NCBI GenBank assembly: GCA_041497895.1
Contig: JBGQHJ010000021.1
Location: 1 to 45,671, forward strand
Direction: 5' to 3'
Length of the DNA: 45,671 nt
Source: Candidatus Methylomirabilia bacterium
GTDB lineage: Bacteria; Methylomirabilota; Methylomirabilia; Rokubacteriales; CSP1-6
The number at the start of each line of letters is the position of its first letter. The stretch's first letter is position 1. The translations under genes were made by a program, and so were the position numbers. Under the pieces are notes generated by a model, which was not told the origin of the DNA, searched no databases, and worked only from the letters and a program-made list of their open reading frames with translations. This document shows, piece after piece, positions 1 through 8,375 of the stretch.

Positions 1-282
1 GACCTTCTGCTTGGCCACGTCCGGCTTGAGCTGATCGTCCTCTTCCAGGACCACGATCTTCCGGCCGAGCACCTCGCCCTTTCCGCCGGTCGCGTACTCG
101 AGGCCCAGCTCGAAGCCGCGCTTGACCTGCTTGGCGTAGACCTCGAACGGCCCGGTGAAGCCCTGCACCAGGCCGATCTTGATCGGGGCCTGGGCGAAGG
201 CGGCGGTCGGACCGCTCGCCACGACGACGACCGCGACGAGGGCGAGGGCGACGGCATGGCGGAAGGATGAGCGTGTGTGCAT
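1..282 (-). CDS. ABC transporter substrate-binding protein, branched-chain amino acid (LivK-like) family; 5' part only, runs off the window
   Basis: Manual translation from ATG at 282: MHTRSSFRHAVALALVAVVVVASGPTAAFAQAPIKIGLVQGFTGPFEVYAKQVKRGFELGLEY...EEDDQLKPDVAKQKV. Signal peptide ending AFA, IKIG and DDQxKP motifs, SD GGGAGA. Confidence 0.85.
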   Translation of the reverse strand, partial: MHTRSSFRHAVALALVAVVVVASGPTAAFAQAPIKIGLVQGFTGPFEVYAKQVKRGFELGLEYATGGKGEVLGRKIVVLEEDDQLKPDVAKQKV

Positions 283-319
283 GGATGATCTCCCGTTCGA
301 CGTCGGTTGACGCGCGGCT

Positions 320-348
320 ACGCTAGCAAGCGGCCGGCGGAGGGTCAA
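320..348 (-). promoter_or_regulatory. Sigma70-type promoter for the substrate-binding protein gene
   Basis: Minus strand TTGACC (348-343), 17-nt spacer, TAGCGT (325-320). Confidence 0.6.
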
Positions 349-350
349 GA

Positions 351-1151
351 CTACTCGCCCAGGTACCAGCGCCGACGCGCCCGCGAGCCGTAGCTCAGGC
401 CGAAGCGCCGCATCCCCACTCCCGCGACCCACTCCACCGCCTCCTCGGCCGAGTCCGTGGTCATCAGGAGCTGCTCGTCGCCCGGATCGATGGTGCCCTC
501 CACCAGGAGACGATTGCGTACGAAATCGGTGAGCGGACGCCAGTAGTCACGGCCCATGAGCACGAGCGGAAACTCCATCACCTTGCCGGTCTGCAGGAGC
601 GTGGCGACCTCGAAGGTCTCGTCGAGGGTGCCGAAGCCGCCAGGCAACGCGATGAACGCGTAGGAGTATTTCACCAGCATCACCTTGCGCACGTAAAAGT
701 GGCGGAAGGTGATCCAGTGGTCGAGGTACGGGTTGGGGCGCTGCTCCTGGGGCAGCTGGATGTTGCAGCCCACCGAGCGCCCGCCCGCCTCCTGCGCCCC
801 CCGGTTGGCCGCCTCCATGATGCCCGGGCCGCCACCGGTCATGACCGTGAAGCCCACGCGGGCCAGCCGCGCGCCGAGCTCGCGCCCGAGCGCGTAGTAC
901 GGGTGATCGGCCTTGAAGCGGGCGGAGCCGAATACGGTGACGCAGGGCCCGACGAAGTGGAGCGCGCGGAAGCCCCGCATGAACTCGAAGAAGACGCGGA
1001 CCGCCCGGGTCAGCTCGAAGGAGCGGGACTGCGGCCCCTCGAGGAACCGGATCTCCTCCGGGGTGGCCGCCTCCTTGCCCCACTGCGACCGGTCGGACGC
1101 CGGCGGCGCGGCCGGTCTCGACGTCGGGGCCGGCCGGTCCTGGCTCGTCAG
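351..1151 (-). CDS. LOG family (TIGR00730-like) nucleotide phosphoribohydrolase; start uncertain (CTG at 1151 or ATG at 980)
   Basis: TVFGSAR, TGGGPGIMEAANRGA and PGGFGTLDE motifs. The frame is open upstream of ATG 980 and encodes the typical FLEGPQSRSFEL...FFEF extension. Confidence 0.85.
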   Translation of the reverse strand: MTSQDRPAPTSRPAAPPASDRSQWGKEAATPEEIRFLEGPQSRSFELTRAVRVFFEFMRGFRALHFVGPCVTVFGSARFKADHPYYALGRELGARLARVGFTVMTGGGPGIMEAANRGAQEAGGRSVGCNIQLPQEQRPNPYLDHWITFRHFYVRKVMLVKYSYAFIALPGGFGTLDETFEVATLLQTGKVMEFPLVLMGRDYWRPLTDFVRNRLLVEGTIDPGDEQLLMTTDSAEEAVEWVAGVGMRRFGLSYGSRARRRWYLGE

Positions 1152-1154
1152 GTT

Positions 1155-1535
1155 CTACTCGGGACCGCGGGACGATTGGACCGCGACCACCGAGACGCTG
1201 TCCGGAACCGAGTCCTCGTGGGGGCGGTGGCTGGCGGTGTAGCCGAGCGTCAGCGAGAACTGCCCGGGACGGGCTAGGCCGACGTCGTGCGCGCGCGTCG
1301 CGGGCTCGCGCGCCGCGTCCTCCGACTCGGCGAGCGCGTTGACCTGGACCAGCACCGCGGCGAGGTCCAGCTCGTTCTGGCGCGCGAAGTCGCCGACGGT
1401 GAGCCCGGGGAAGCGCGCGTAGAGCTCGCGCGGCTGGTCGACATAGAGGCGCCGCCCCTGGGTGAAGACCGGCGCGGTGGCGGGGTGCCGGGCGAGCACG
1501 TCGTTGACCTTGGACTCGGCGGTGACGGCGGCCAT
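1155..1535 (-). CDS. Hypothetical protein, 126 aa, with DUF1858/ScdA-N-like N-terminal domain
   Basis: MAAVTAESKVNDVLARHPATAPVF...TVGDFARQNELDLAAVL pattern. Starts 5 nt after the Usp stop. Confidence 0.6.
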   Translation of the reverse strand: MAAVTAESKVNDVLARHPATAPVFTQGRRLYVDQPRELYARFPGLTVGDFARQNELDLAAVLVQVNALAESEDAAREPATRAHDVGLARPGQFSLTLGYTASHRPHEDSVPDSVSVVAVQSSRGPE

Positions 1536-1540
1536 CGCGC

Positions 1541-1984
1541 CTACCGGCCCCGCACCGTCAGCACCGGACAGGGCGCCAGCGTCACCAGGCGGCTCGCGAC
1601 GCTGCCCAGGAACAGCCTGGCGAGGCCGCTGCGACCGTGGGTGCCGATCACGAGCAGGTCGGCCTTCCGCGCCGCTCGCGCGATCAGCTCGTGGGGCACG
1701 CCCTCGAGCAGGAGCCCGCTGGCGCGCACGCCCGCGGCCCGGGCCCGGGCCAGCACCGCGCTGAGACGCTTCTGGGCGGCCGCGCGCGCCGAGCTCTCGA
1801 GGCTCTCGTAGAGCGCGGGCGACACGTAGCCCTCGCCGGGCAGGGCCAGCGACGGCGGCGCCATCACGTGCACCACCGTGAGACGGGCGCGGTTGGCCTT
1901 GGCCATCGAGATCGCCCCCTTGAGCGCGGGGGTGGAGGCGCGGGAGAAATCGGTCGCGTGGAGGATCCGGCGGACTCGGCGCAT
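1541..1984 (-). CDS. Universal stress protein (UspA family)
   Basis: RILHATDFS, LTVVHV, DLLVIGTHGRSGL...LGSVA...APCPVLTV motifs. Confidence 0.95.
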   Translation of the reverse strand: MRRVRRILHATDFSRASTPALKGAISMAKANRARLTVVHVMAPPSLALPGEGYVSPALYESLESSARAAAQKRLSAVLARARAAGVRASGLLLEGVPHELIARAARKADLLVIGTHGRSGLARLFLGSVASRLVTLAPCPVLTVRGR

Positions 1985-1990
1985 GCGCGT

Positions 1991-2000
1991 ATCTTACAAT
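1991..2000. promoter_or_regulatory. Overlapping divergent -10 elements for two leaderless mRNAs
   Basis: TACAAT (+, 1995-2000) lies 6 nt before ATG 2007. TAAGAT (-, 1996-1991) lies 6 nt before ATG 1984. Confidence 0.6.
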
Positions 2001-2006
2001 GCCGCC

Positions 2007-2482
2007 ATGCCGACCGTCGAGGCGCTCCGTGCGATGCTCGGCCTGCTGCCGCACCCGACCGCAGCGGCGACGTCGTGCCCGGCGACGCGCTGCCGTCCCG
2101 CTACCGGGGAGCGCGGGCGGCCGGCACCGCGATCTACTACCTGCTCACGCCGGAGACCTTCTCGGCCATGCACCGCCTGGCCACCGACGAGATCTTCCAC
2201 TTCTACCTGGGCGACCCGGTGGAGATGCTCCAGCTCCGGCCCGACGGCTCGCATCGCGTGGTGGTGATCGGGACGGATCTCGAGGCCGGGCAGCGGCCAC
2301 AGGTCGTCGTGGCGCGGGGCGTCTGGCAGGGCGCGCACCTCCGACCCGGGGGCCGCCTGGCCCTGCTCGGCGCCACCGTCGCCCCCGGCTTCGACTACGC
2401 CGACTACGAAGCGGGCGAGCGGGCCGCGCTCCTCGCGAGCCACCCGGCCGCGCGCGACCTCGTCACCGCCCTGACGCGGTAG
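2007..2482 (+). pseudogene. Cupin_5/DUF985 family protein, frameshifted near 2058
   Basis: MPTVEALRAMLGLLPHP in one frame continues as RSGDVVPGDALP...TAIYYLL...HRL...DEIFHFYLGDP...APGFDYADY in another. The conserved EGG-x-x-x-ETY segment is missing. Confidence 0.75.
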
Positions 2483-2485
2483 CGC

Positions 2486-3577
2486 CTAGAAGTGGAAGTG
2501 GGCCCCGAGCCCCAGGTACTCGACGCGCTGCTTGAAGAACTGCCCGTCCGGGGAGTTGCCGTGGAAGTACTCGACGAGCAGCTGCAGGTTGCGGTCGAGC
2601 ACGCGGACGTTCTCGAGCTGGATGCCCCCGCGCAGCGAGACGTCCACGTTCCAGCCGTTCTGCTCGCGGCTCTGTAGATCCAGCGCGGCGACCGGACGGA
2701 TGTGGCCGGAGGCCACCGTCCACGGGCTGCGGAATTCCACGCCGCCCTGCACCGACCACGGCTGCAGATCCGCCGGCTCCTGGTCGAAGAGGTAGCCGCC
2801 ACCGCCGTAGGCGCGGAAGCCCCACGGCAAGTCGTAGGAGAGCTTGAGGTCCACGCTCTCGTAGGTCAGGTTGACGCGCTCCGTGCGGCTGCGCAGCAGG
2901 AACTCGTCGCCCAGGTGCGAGCTCTGGTGGAACACGCGACCCAGCGTCGAGACCGGACCACGCCGCCAGGCCCCGTAGAGCGCGGCGAAGTAGTCGGCGT
3001 TGAACAGGTCCTTGGACGGCTGGTCCATCTGGAACACCGCGAACACGCCCGCCTGGATCCCCGCCTCCCACTGGCTCGCCGCGAAGGAGTCGCCCCGGAA
3101 GATCGGGATGGTCTCGCCGAAGCTCACCGCGCCCACGTGCCGGAGATCCCGATCGCCGAAGTAGTAACGGTAGGCGGCCGAGAAGTGGGGCCAGCGCGGA
3201 TCGGCGAGCAGCGGCTGGAAGAGGTGGTCGGCCGGGAGCAGCCCGGTCGGCAGCGCGGCCAGATCGGGCACCGCGGAGTCCGGGCCCGGGGCCACCGGCG
3301 CGACGGGCTCGCGCACCTCCACGCGGCTCACCCCCGGCAGCGCGGCCAGCGTGGTCAGGATCCGGGCCCGGTCGGCCCCCGCGAGCTGAGCTCCGTCCAG
3401 GGTGAGCACGCCGTGGTCGACGGTGACGGCCCGCCGGCTCACCTTGAACTCGCGCTCGAGCACCGCGCCGGCGTAGCCGGCCACGTACGGATCGTCGGGC
3501 CCCGGTGCGGCCGGCGCACCGGTCGCGGTGCCGAGCCACAGGGTCACAACCAGCAGTGGGATCATGCGGCGACGCAT
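2486..3577 (-). CDS. DUF1207-like outer-membrane beta-barrel protein
   Basis: Signal peptide, FQPLLADPRWPHFS, NADY and HQSSHLGDEF motifs, C-terminal aromatic residue (HFHF). Confidence 0.75.
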   Translation of the reverse strand: MRRRMIPLLVVTLWLGTATGAPAAPGPDDPYVAGYAGAVLEREFKVSRRAVTVDHGVLTLDGAQLAGADRARILTTLAALPGVSRVEVREPVAPVAPGPDSAVPDLAALPTGLLPADHLFQPLLADPRWPHFSAAYRYYFGDRDLRHVGAVSFGETIPIFRGDSFAASQWEAGIQAGVFAVFQMDQPSKDLFNADYFAALYGAWRRGPVSTLGRVFHQSSHLGDEFLLRSRTERVNLTYESVDLKLSYDLPWGFRAYGGGGYLFDQEPADLQPWSVQGGVEFRSPWTVASGHIRPVAALDLQSREQNGWNVDVSLRGGIQLENVRVLDRNLQLLVEYFHGNSPDGQFFKQRVEYLGLGAHFHF

Positions 3578-3579
3578 GG

Positions 3580-3996
3580 CTAGCCTCCTCCCGCCCCGTA
3601 GGTGCGCCAGGAGAACGCCTGGACCGTGAGGCGGTAGCTCCCGGCCCTGGCGGGGGCCTTGATCTCGAAGTAGGAGCGGTCGGAGGGTGGCACGTCGCCG
3701 AAGACGAGGCCGCTCGTGGAGCCCGCGACCTGGCCGGAGGCGTCGAGCGCCTCCACCAGCAGCCGCACCGAGGTCGCGTAGCTCCCCGCGCGCTGGTTAT
3801 AGATGTAGCCGGTCACGACCGGCCGCCCGCGCCGGTCCTCGCCCGCGACCCACTCGAGCCGCAGATCCTGTTCCGTCGGACGGCCCAGCACCTGGGCGCC
3901 CGCGCCGCCCGCGCTCGAGGCCATGAGCAGCGTCAGCAGAGCCACCGCGCGACGAATCGCGCTCCCCGTGCCATGTACGGTCGTCGGTGCCGGCAT
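3580..3996 (-). CDS. FxLYD-domain secreted protein
   Basis: Signal peptide, VTGYIYN...VRLLVEALDASGQVAG...DVPPSDRSYFEI; SD GAGGAGG. Confidence 0.65.
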   Translation of the reverse strand: MPAPTTVHGTGSAIRRAVALLTLLMASSAGGAGAQVLGRPTEQDLRLEWVAGEDRRGRPVVTGYIYNQRAGSYATSVRLLVEALDASGQVAGSTSGLVFGDVPPSDRSYFEIKAPARAGSYRLTVQAFSWRTYGAGGG

Positions 3997-4079
3997 CGAT
4001 CACGCCTCCTCTCGACCCTCTGGCCATTCTCACCCCGGCCGCAAGCGCGCCGCCGACCGCCCTTGCTATCATACGGGGC

Positions 4080-4295
4080 ATGTCGCGGACGACCGGACCG
4101 CGGTGGGTCCTCCAGGGGCTGGCGCTCGTGGTGATTGTGCTGGTGGCGTTCCTCGCGGGCATGCTCGTGGAGCGCCTGCAGTCCCACGCCCAGCGCGACG
4201 ACATGCTCCGGCGCTACGACCGGGCGCTGCGGGAGCACCGGTCCCTGATCATGGAGTCGGAGAAGCGGCAGGAGAGCGGGACGGCCCGGCGCTAG
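4080..4295 (+). CDS. Small single-pass membrane protein, 71 aa, probably leaderless
   Basis: Extended -10 TGCTATCAT 7 nt before ATG 4080. One TM helix (WVLQGLALVVIVLVAFLAGMLV) followed by a charged helical tail. Confidence 0.65.
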   Translation: MSRTTGPRWVLQGLALVVIVLVAFLAGMLVERLQSHAQRDDMLRRYDRALREHRSLIMESEKRQESGTARR

Positions 4296-4636
4296 CCCGC
4301 GGCGGTGTGCTCGTACTTCAGCACGCGCACCTTCTCCAGGGTGATCAGCCCGCCCCGCATCATCCGGTCCACCTGGGGCAGCACGCGGTCCAGGTGCTCC
4401 TGCGAGTCCACCACCTCGATCACCAGAGGCAGGTCGGCCGAGAGACGGAGGATGTTGGCGGTGTGCACGACCGAATCGGCGCCGAAGCCGGCCACCGCCC
4501 GCAGGACCGTGGCCCCGGCCAGCCCCTCTCGCCGGAACAGCTCGACCAGCGCGGTGTGGAGCGGGCGATGCTCCCAGCGATCGCTCTCGCCGATGAAGAT
4601 CCGCATCAGGATCTGCTCCCCGTCCAGCTTGCGCAT
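4292..4636 (-). CDS. DUF190 (PII-like) protein
   Basis: MRIFIGESD, GLAGATVLRAVAGFG and LSADLPLVIEVVD motifs; directly downstream of crcB. Confidence 0.9.
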   Translation of the reverse strand: MRKLDGEQILMRIFIGESDRWEHRPLHTALVELFRREGLAGATVLRAVAGFGADSVVHTANILRLSADLPLVIEVVDSQEHLDRVLPQVDRMMRGGLITLEKVRVLKYEHTAAG

Positions 4637-4638
4637 GG

Positions 4639-5034
4639 CTACCATCCTCCCTTTCCCGCGATGAGCACGCGACCCACCGACAGGCCCGCCGCGCAGCCCG
4701 CGAGACACAGCGCGGTGGTGAACAGGACGTACAGGCTCGCGGCCAGCCACGAGCCGGCCTCGAGCAGCCGGATGGTCTCGTAGGAGAAGGACGAGTAGGT
4801 GGTGAACCCGCCCATGACCCCGATCGCCAGGACCAGGCGCAGGGTGTCCGGAATCAGCAGCGTGGAGAGCCCCACCTGCTGGATGACGCCGATGAGAAGG
4901 GAGCCGAGCATGTTGATGAGCAACGTCCCGTACGGAAAGTCGGGGCCGGCCCAGTGCGCCACCAGACCGCCGAGCAGGTACCGCGCGCCGGTCCCCACCG
5001 CTCCCCCGAAGCAGATCAGCACGAATCGCGTCAC
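4639..5034 (-). CDS. crcB: Fluoride efflux channel CrcB/Fluc
   Basis: GGAVGTGARY, FPYGTLLINMLGS and GVMGGFTTYSSFSYE motifs; four TM helices. Confidence 0.95.
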   Translation of the reverse strand: MTRFVLICFGGAVGTGARYLLGGLVAHWAGPDFPYGTLLINMLGSLLIGVIQQVGLSTLLIPDTLRLVLAIGVMGGFTTYSSFSYETIRLLEAGSWLAASLYVLFTTALCLAGCAAGLSVGRVLIAGKGGW

Positions 5035-5089
5035 GTCGTCTCTCTGCGCACCGTCACGCGGCTCGGCGCGGTAATCTGAGGCCGCCCGC

Positions 5090-6502
5090 CTAGTCGACCG
5101 GCGGGCGGCGGTCCGTCCAGGGCTGCGCGGCCTCGAAGGCGGCGGAGGCGGCGAGGACGGTGTGGTCGGCGTGTCGCCGGCCCACGATCTGCAGGCCCAC
5201 CGGCAACCCCGCGCTCGTGAAGCCCACCGGCACCGTCGCCGCGGGCTGGCCGGTCAGGTTGAACGGGAAGCAGAACGGCGTCCAGCCGAGCGGGGACGAC
5301 GGCTGGCCGGCGACCTCGTTGAGGCCGGGCCGGCCCACCTCGAACGGGGGCACCGCCACCGTGGGCGTGATCAGGAGGTCGAAGCGCGCCAGGAAGCGCT
5401 GCACCTCGGTCCAGAGATCGTGGCGGCGGCGCATCGCTCGGAGGTACTGCTCGGCGGTGACGCTCGCGCCGAACTTCATGAGCGCGCGCAGGGAGCGGTC
5501 CATCCGCTCCCCGTCGGTCTCCAGGCGATCGCCCCACGCGCCCCACGTCTCGGCGCCTACCATCACCCGGAAGATCTCCTCCGGGTCCTCCCAGGACGGC
5601 GACACCACCTCCACGTGGCCGCCGAAGCTCTCGAAGCGCTCGGCCGCGGCCGCGCAGAGCTCGGCGACCTCCGGATCGACGCGCGCGTAGCCCAGGTCCG
5701 GCGACCACGCCACGCTCAGCCCCGCGATGCCGCTCTCGCACGCCTCGAGGTACGAGCGGCCGGCCACAGGCAGCGAATGCCGGTCGCGATCGTCGGGGCC
5801 CGCGATGACGTCGAGCATCAGCGCCGCGTCGCGCACGGTCCGGGTGAGCGGCCCGGTGTGGGAGAGTGTCTCCCAGCCCGGGAAGCCCGGGAACTGCGGC
5901 ACGCGCCCGAAGGACGGCTTGAGCCCGTAGATGCCGCAGAAGGCGGCGGGGATGCGGATAGAGCCGCCCCCGTCGGTGCCCACCGCGAGGGGCCCGAGGC
6001 CGGCGGCGACCGCGGCGCCCGCGCCGCCGCTCGAGCCGCCGGGGGTGAGCGCGGGGTTCCACGGATTGCGGGTGATGCCGAGGAGCGGGCTGTCGGTCAC
6101 CGCCTTGTGGCCGAACTCGGGGGTGGTGGTCTTGCCGACGATGATGGCGCCCGCGCCCTTGAGGCGCTCGACGCACACCGAGTCTTCCTCCGGCACGTGA
6201 TCTGCGAAGAGCCGGGAGCCGCCGGTGGTGAGCACCCGGCGGGTGAACACGAGATCCTTGATCGACACCGGCACGCCGTGGAGCGGCCCGAGCGCCTCGC
6301 CGGTGACCACTTCCACCTCGGCGGCCACCGCGGCGTCGCGCGCCTCCTCGGCGGTCACGGTGGCGTAGCAGTTGAGCGCGGGGTTGAGACGCTCGATGCG
6401 GGCGAGCAGCGCCTCGACCACCTCCACCGGCGAGACCTGCTTGCCGCGGATGAGAGCGGCCAGCTCCTGCGCCGATCGCCAGGACAGGTCGGCCGCCGCC
6501 AT
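5090..6502 (-). CDS. Amidase signature family protein, 470 aa
   Basis: GVPVSIKD, GKTTTPEFG, TPGGSSGGAGAA and GTDGGGSIRIPAAFCG motifs. ATG overlaps the upstream stop (TGATG). Confidence 0.95.
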   Translation of the reverse strand: MAAADLSWRSAQELAALIRGKQVSPVEVVEALLARIERLNPALNCYATVTAEEARDAAVAAEVEVVTGEALGPLHGVPVSIKDLVFTRRVLTTGGSRLFADHVPEEDSVCVERLKGAGAIIVGKTTTPEFGHKAVTDSPLLGITRNPWNPALTPGGSSGGAGAAVAAGLGPLAVGTDGGGSIRIPAAFCGIYGLKPSFGRVPQFPGFPGWETLSHTGPLTRTVRDAALMLDVIAGPDDRDRHSLPVAGRSYLEACESGIAGLSVAWSPDLGYARVDPEVAELCAAAAERFESFGGHVEVVSPSWEDPEEIFRVMVGAETWGAWGDRLETDGERMDRSLRALMKFGASVTAEQYLRAMRRRHDLWTEVQRFLARFDLLITPTVAVPPFEVGRPGLNEVAGQPSSPLGWTPFCFPFNLTGQPAATVPVGFTSAGLPVGLQIVGRRHADHTVLAASAAFEAAQPWTDRRPPVD

Positions 6503-6906
6503 CAGGAGCCCGGGTTCACGCGCGCGAGGGTGTAGTCCACGTGGGTGGCGCCGGAGCCCTGGATCACGGTCAGGCGGCAGATGTCGTCGCCCTTGCCGAA
6601 CTCGACCCAGACTCCGGGGAACTTCTCGGCGTTGACGAAGCGGTCGCTCTTCGTCTCGATCCACCCCGCCCCGGCGAGGAGGCGGCGCGCGTGCGCCAGG
6701 GTCGCCTCCACGCTCTCCGGGGTGAAGTAGATGAGCCGCGCCGCGGTGATCTTCGGGGTGCGGATCATCACCCAGTCGTCGGAGTACGGGGTCCACTCCG
6801 CCGGTACCGGCACGTCGGGGAACGGCTGGATCGGCATCGGCACCGCGACGGGGGCGCACGCCCCGAGGCACAGCGCGATCCCGATCGCCAGCGCGCGGGG
6901 CTTCAC
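6502..6906 (-). CDS. Hypothetical lipoprotein, 134 aa
   Basis: MKPRALAIGIALCLGAC lipobox; TACAAT 7 nt before GTG 6906 (leaderless). Confidence 0.7.
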   Translation of the reverse strand: MKPRALAIGIALCLGACAPVAVPMPIQPFPDVPVPAEWTPYSDDWVMIRTPKITAARLIYFTPESVEATLAHARRLLAGAGWIETKSDRFVNAEKFPGVWVEFGKGDDICRLTVIQGSGATHVDYTLARVNPGS

Positions 6907-6941
6907 GCGCCGGATTGTACCGCAGTCGGCCGGTGCGCGCG

Positions 6942-7271
6942 CTACGGGCGGTCGAACAGCTTGACCGCGAGCGCTCCGTGCGTCACCGCGGCTCCCGCTC
7001 GCAGGGCGGCGGCCAGGAGTGCCGCTTCCGCGACCTCCTCCCGGGTGGCGCCCGCCTTCTTCGCGTTGCGCGTATGCACGTCGAGGCAGTAGGGGCACTG
7101 GGTGGTGCAGGCCACCGCCAGGGCGATCAGCTCGCGATACTTGCGCGGGATCTTGCCGTCGTCGCGCCCGACGATGCTGTCCAGCTCCACGAAGCCCTTG
7201 AACTCGGCGGGAGCCAGCTTCTTGAACTCCCCGAGCACCTTCAGATCGTCCGAATCGTGGTAGTGGCTCAT
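6942..7271 (-). CDS. Carboxymuconolactone decarboxylase/AhpD-like protein
   Basis: KYRELIALAVACTTQCPYCLDVH (CxxC); SD GAGGGAG. Confidence 0.92.
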   Translation of the reverse strand: MSHYHDSDDLKVLGEFKKLAPAEFKGFVELDSIVGRDDGKIPRKYRELIALAVACTTQCPYCLDVHTRNAKKAGATREEVAEAALLAAALRAGAAVTHGALAVKLFDRP

Positions 7272-7323
7272 CGCTCCCTCTCTGTCTTGTACGACGTGCA
7301 CGTCAGTGCGTCTGCCGCGGCTT

Positions 7324-7434
7324 TCAGCGTCTCGGCCTCTCCTCACCCCGGCGCCCGCGGAACGCAAACGTCATCGCACAAGGCACCGCGGCGATCGCCA
7401 CCATCACGAGGGCCAGGATCATCTTCTGGATCAT
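7324..7434 (-). CDS. Putative 36-aa membrane peptide
   Basis: MIQKMILALVMVAIAAVPCAMTFAFRGRRGEERPRR*; strong SD GAGGAGG; below the ORF-track length cutoff. Confidence 0.55.
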   Translation of the reverse strand: MIQKMILALVMVAIAAVPCAMTFAFRGRRGEERPRR

Positions 7435-7576
7435 GGCGCCCTCCTCGGGCCATGCAACGACAGCAAACGTCATACCACGGCCGCGTCGGCCGGAAAACCG
7501 CTCGGTTGAGCCGCGGGCCGGCGGCCCTCGCCCGGGCGTTGTGCCCGAGCGGGGGGGAGATTCGCCATCGTCCCGC

Positions 7577-7606
7577 TTGACGGATCAACCGGGGTTGATG
7601 AATAGT
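7577..7606 (+). promoter_or_regulatory. arsR promoter with operator palindrome
   Basis: TTGACG (7577-7582) and AATAGT (7601-7606) flank the perfect inverted repeat ATCAAC-cggg-GTTGAT (7584-7599). Confidence 0.7.
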
Positions 7607-7612
7607 GCCGGC

Positions 7613-7933
7613 ATGGCGGCGGGGACGAGGCTCACCGACGACGTGCTGCGCATGTTCCGGGCCCTCGGCGACGAGACCCGACTGCGCCTCCTGCAGCGGC
7701 TGCGCGGCGGCGAGCAGTGCGTGTGCGACCTCACCGACGAGCTCGACACTCGGCAGTCGCTCCTGTCGTTCCACCTGCGCACCCTGAAGGACGCGGGGCT
7801 CGTCACCGACCGGCGCGACGGGCGCTGGGTCTACTACGCGCTCAACCCGGACGGCCTCGAGACCCTTCGCCGCGCGCTCGACGAGCTGCGGCCCTCCGAC
7901 CGCGCCCTCCGCGTGCTGCGCCGGTGTGACTGA
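7613..7933 (+). CDS. arsR: ArsR/SmtB family arsenic-responsive repressor
   Basis: [17 protein letters not shown] As(III) site, [26 protein letters not shown]. Confidence 0.92.
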   Translation: MAAGTRLTDDVLRMFRALGDETRLRLLQRLRGGEQCVCDLTDELDTRQSLLSFHLRTLKDAGLVTDRRDGRWVYYALNPDGLETLRRALDELRPSDRALRVLRRCD

Positions 7934-8375
7934 GCCCTCGATCGCGCGCGACCGCGTCCTGGTCCTCTGCACGCACAACTCGGCGCGCAGCCAGATGGCC
8001 GAGCGGCTCCTGCGCGACCTGGGCGGCGACCGGTTCGAGGTGGCCAGCGCCGGCACCGTCGCGACCGCGGTGCACCCGCTCGCCGCGCGGGTGATGGAGG
8101 AGGTCGGCCTCGACCTCCGGGGGCACTCCTCCAAGACGCTCGAGCGCTACCTCGGCGAGCGGTGGGACTACGTGATCACCGTCTGCGACCAGGCGGGCGA
8201 GCGCTGTCCCCTCTTCCCGGGGCCCGCCCGGCGAATCCACTGGAGCTTCGAGGATCCGTCGGCCGCGACCGGCAGCGAGGCCGACCGCCTCGCGACCTTC
8301 CGCCGCGTCCGGGACGCGATCCGGGAGCGTCTCCAAGCCTGGCTCGCCGAGCGGCCCACCGGCTCGGCGGCATGA
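7926..8375 (+). CDS. arsC: Arsenate reductase, thioredoxin-coupled LMW-PTP fold
   Basis: [13 protein letters not shown]-loop, [10 protein letters not shown] resolving cysteines, HWSFEDP. Confidence 0.9.
   Translation: MTEPSIARDRVLVLCTHNSARSQMAERLLRDLGGDRFEVASAGTVATAVHPLAARVMEEVGLDLRGHSSKTLERYLGERWDYVITVCDQAGERCPLFPGPARRIHWSFEDPSAATGSEADRLATFRRVRDAIRERLQAWLAERPTGSAA

Noticed and set aside
1155..1157. Pyrrolysine or genome-wide amber recoding at the in-frame TAG
   Set aside because: Many genes in the window end at TAG at their expected C-termini, and no pyl genes are present.
5035..5089. Possible fluoride riboswitch upstream of crcB
   Set aside because: Only 55 nt and lacks the GGCGATGG...CGCC...GCTGATGAC-like consensus.
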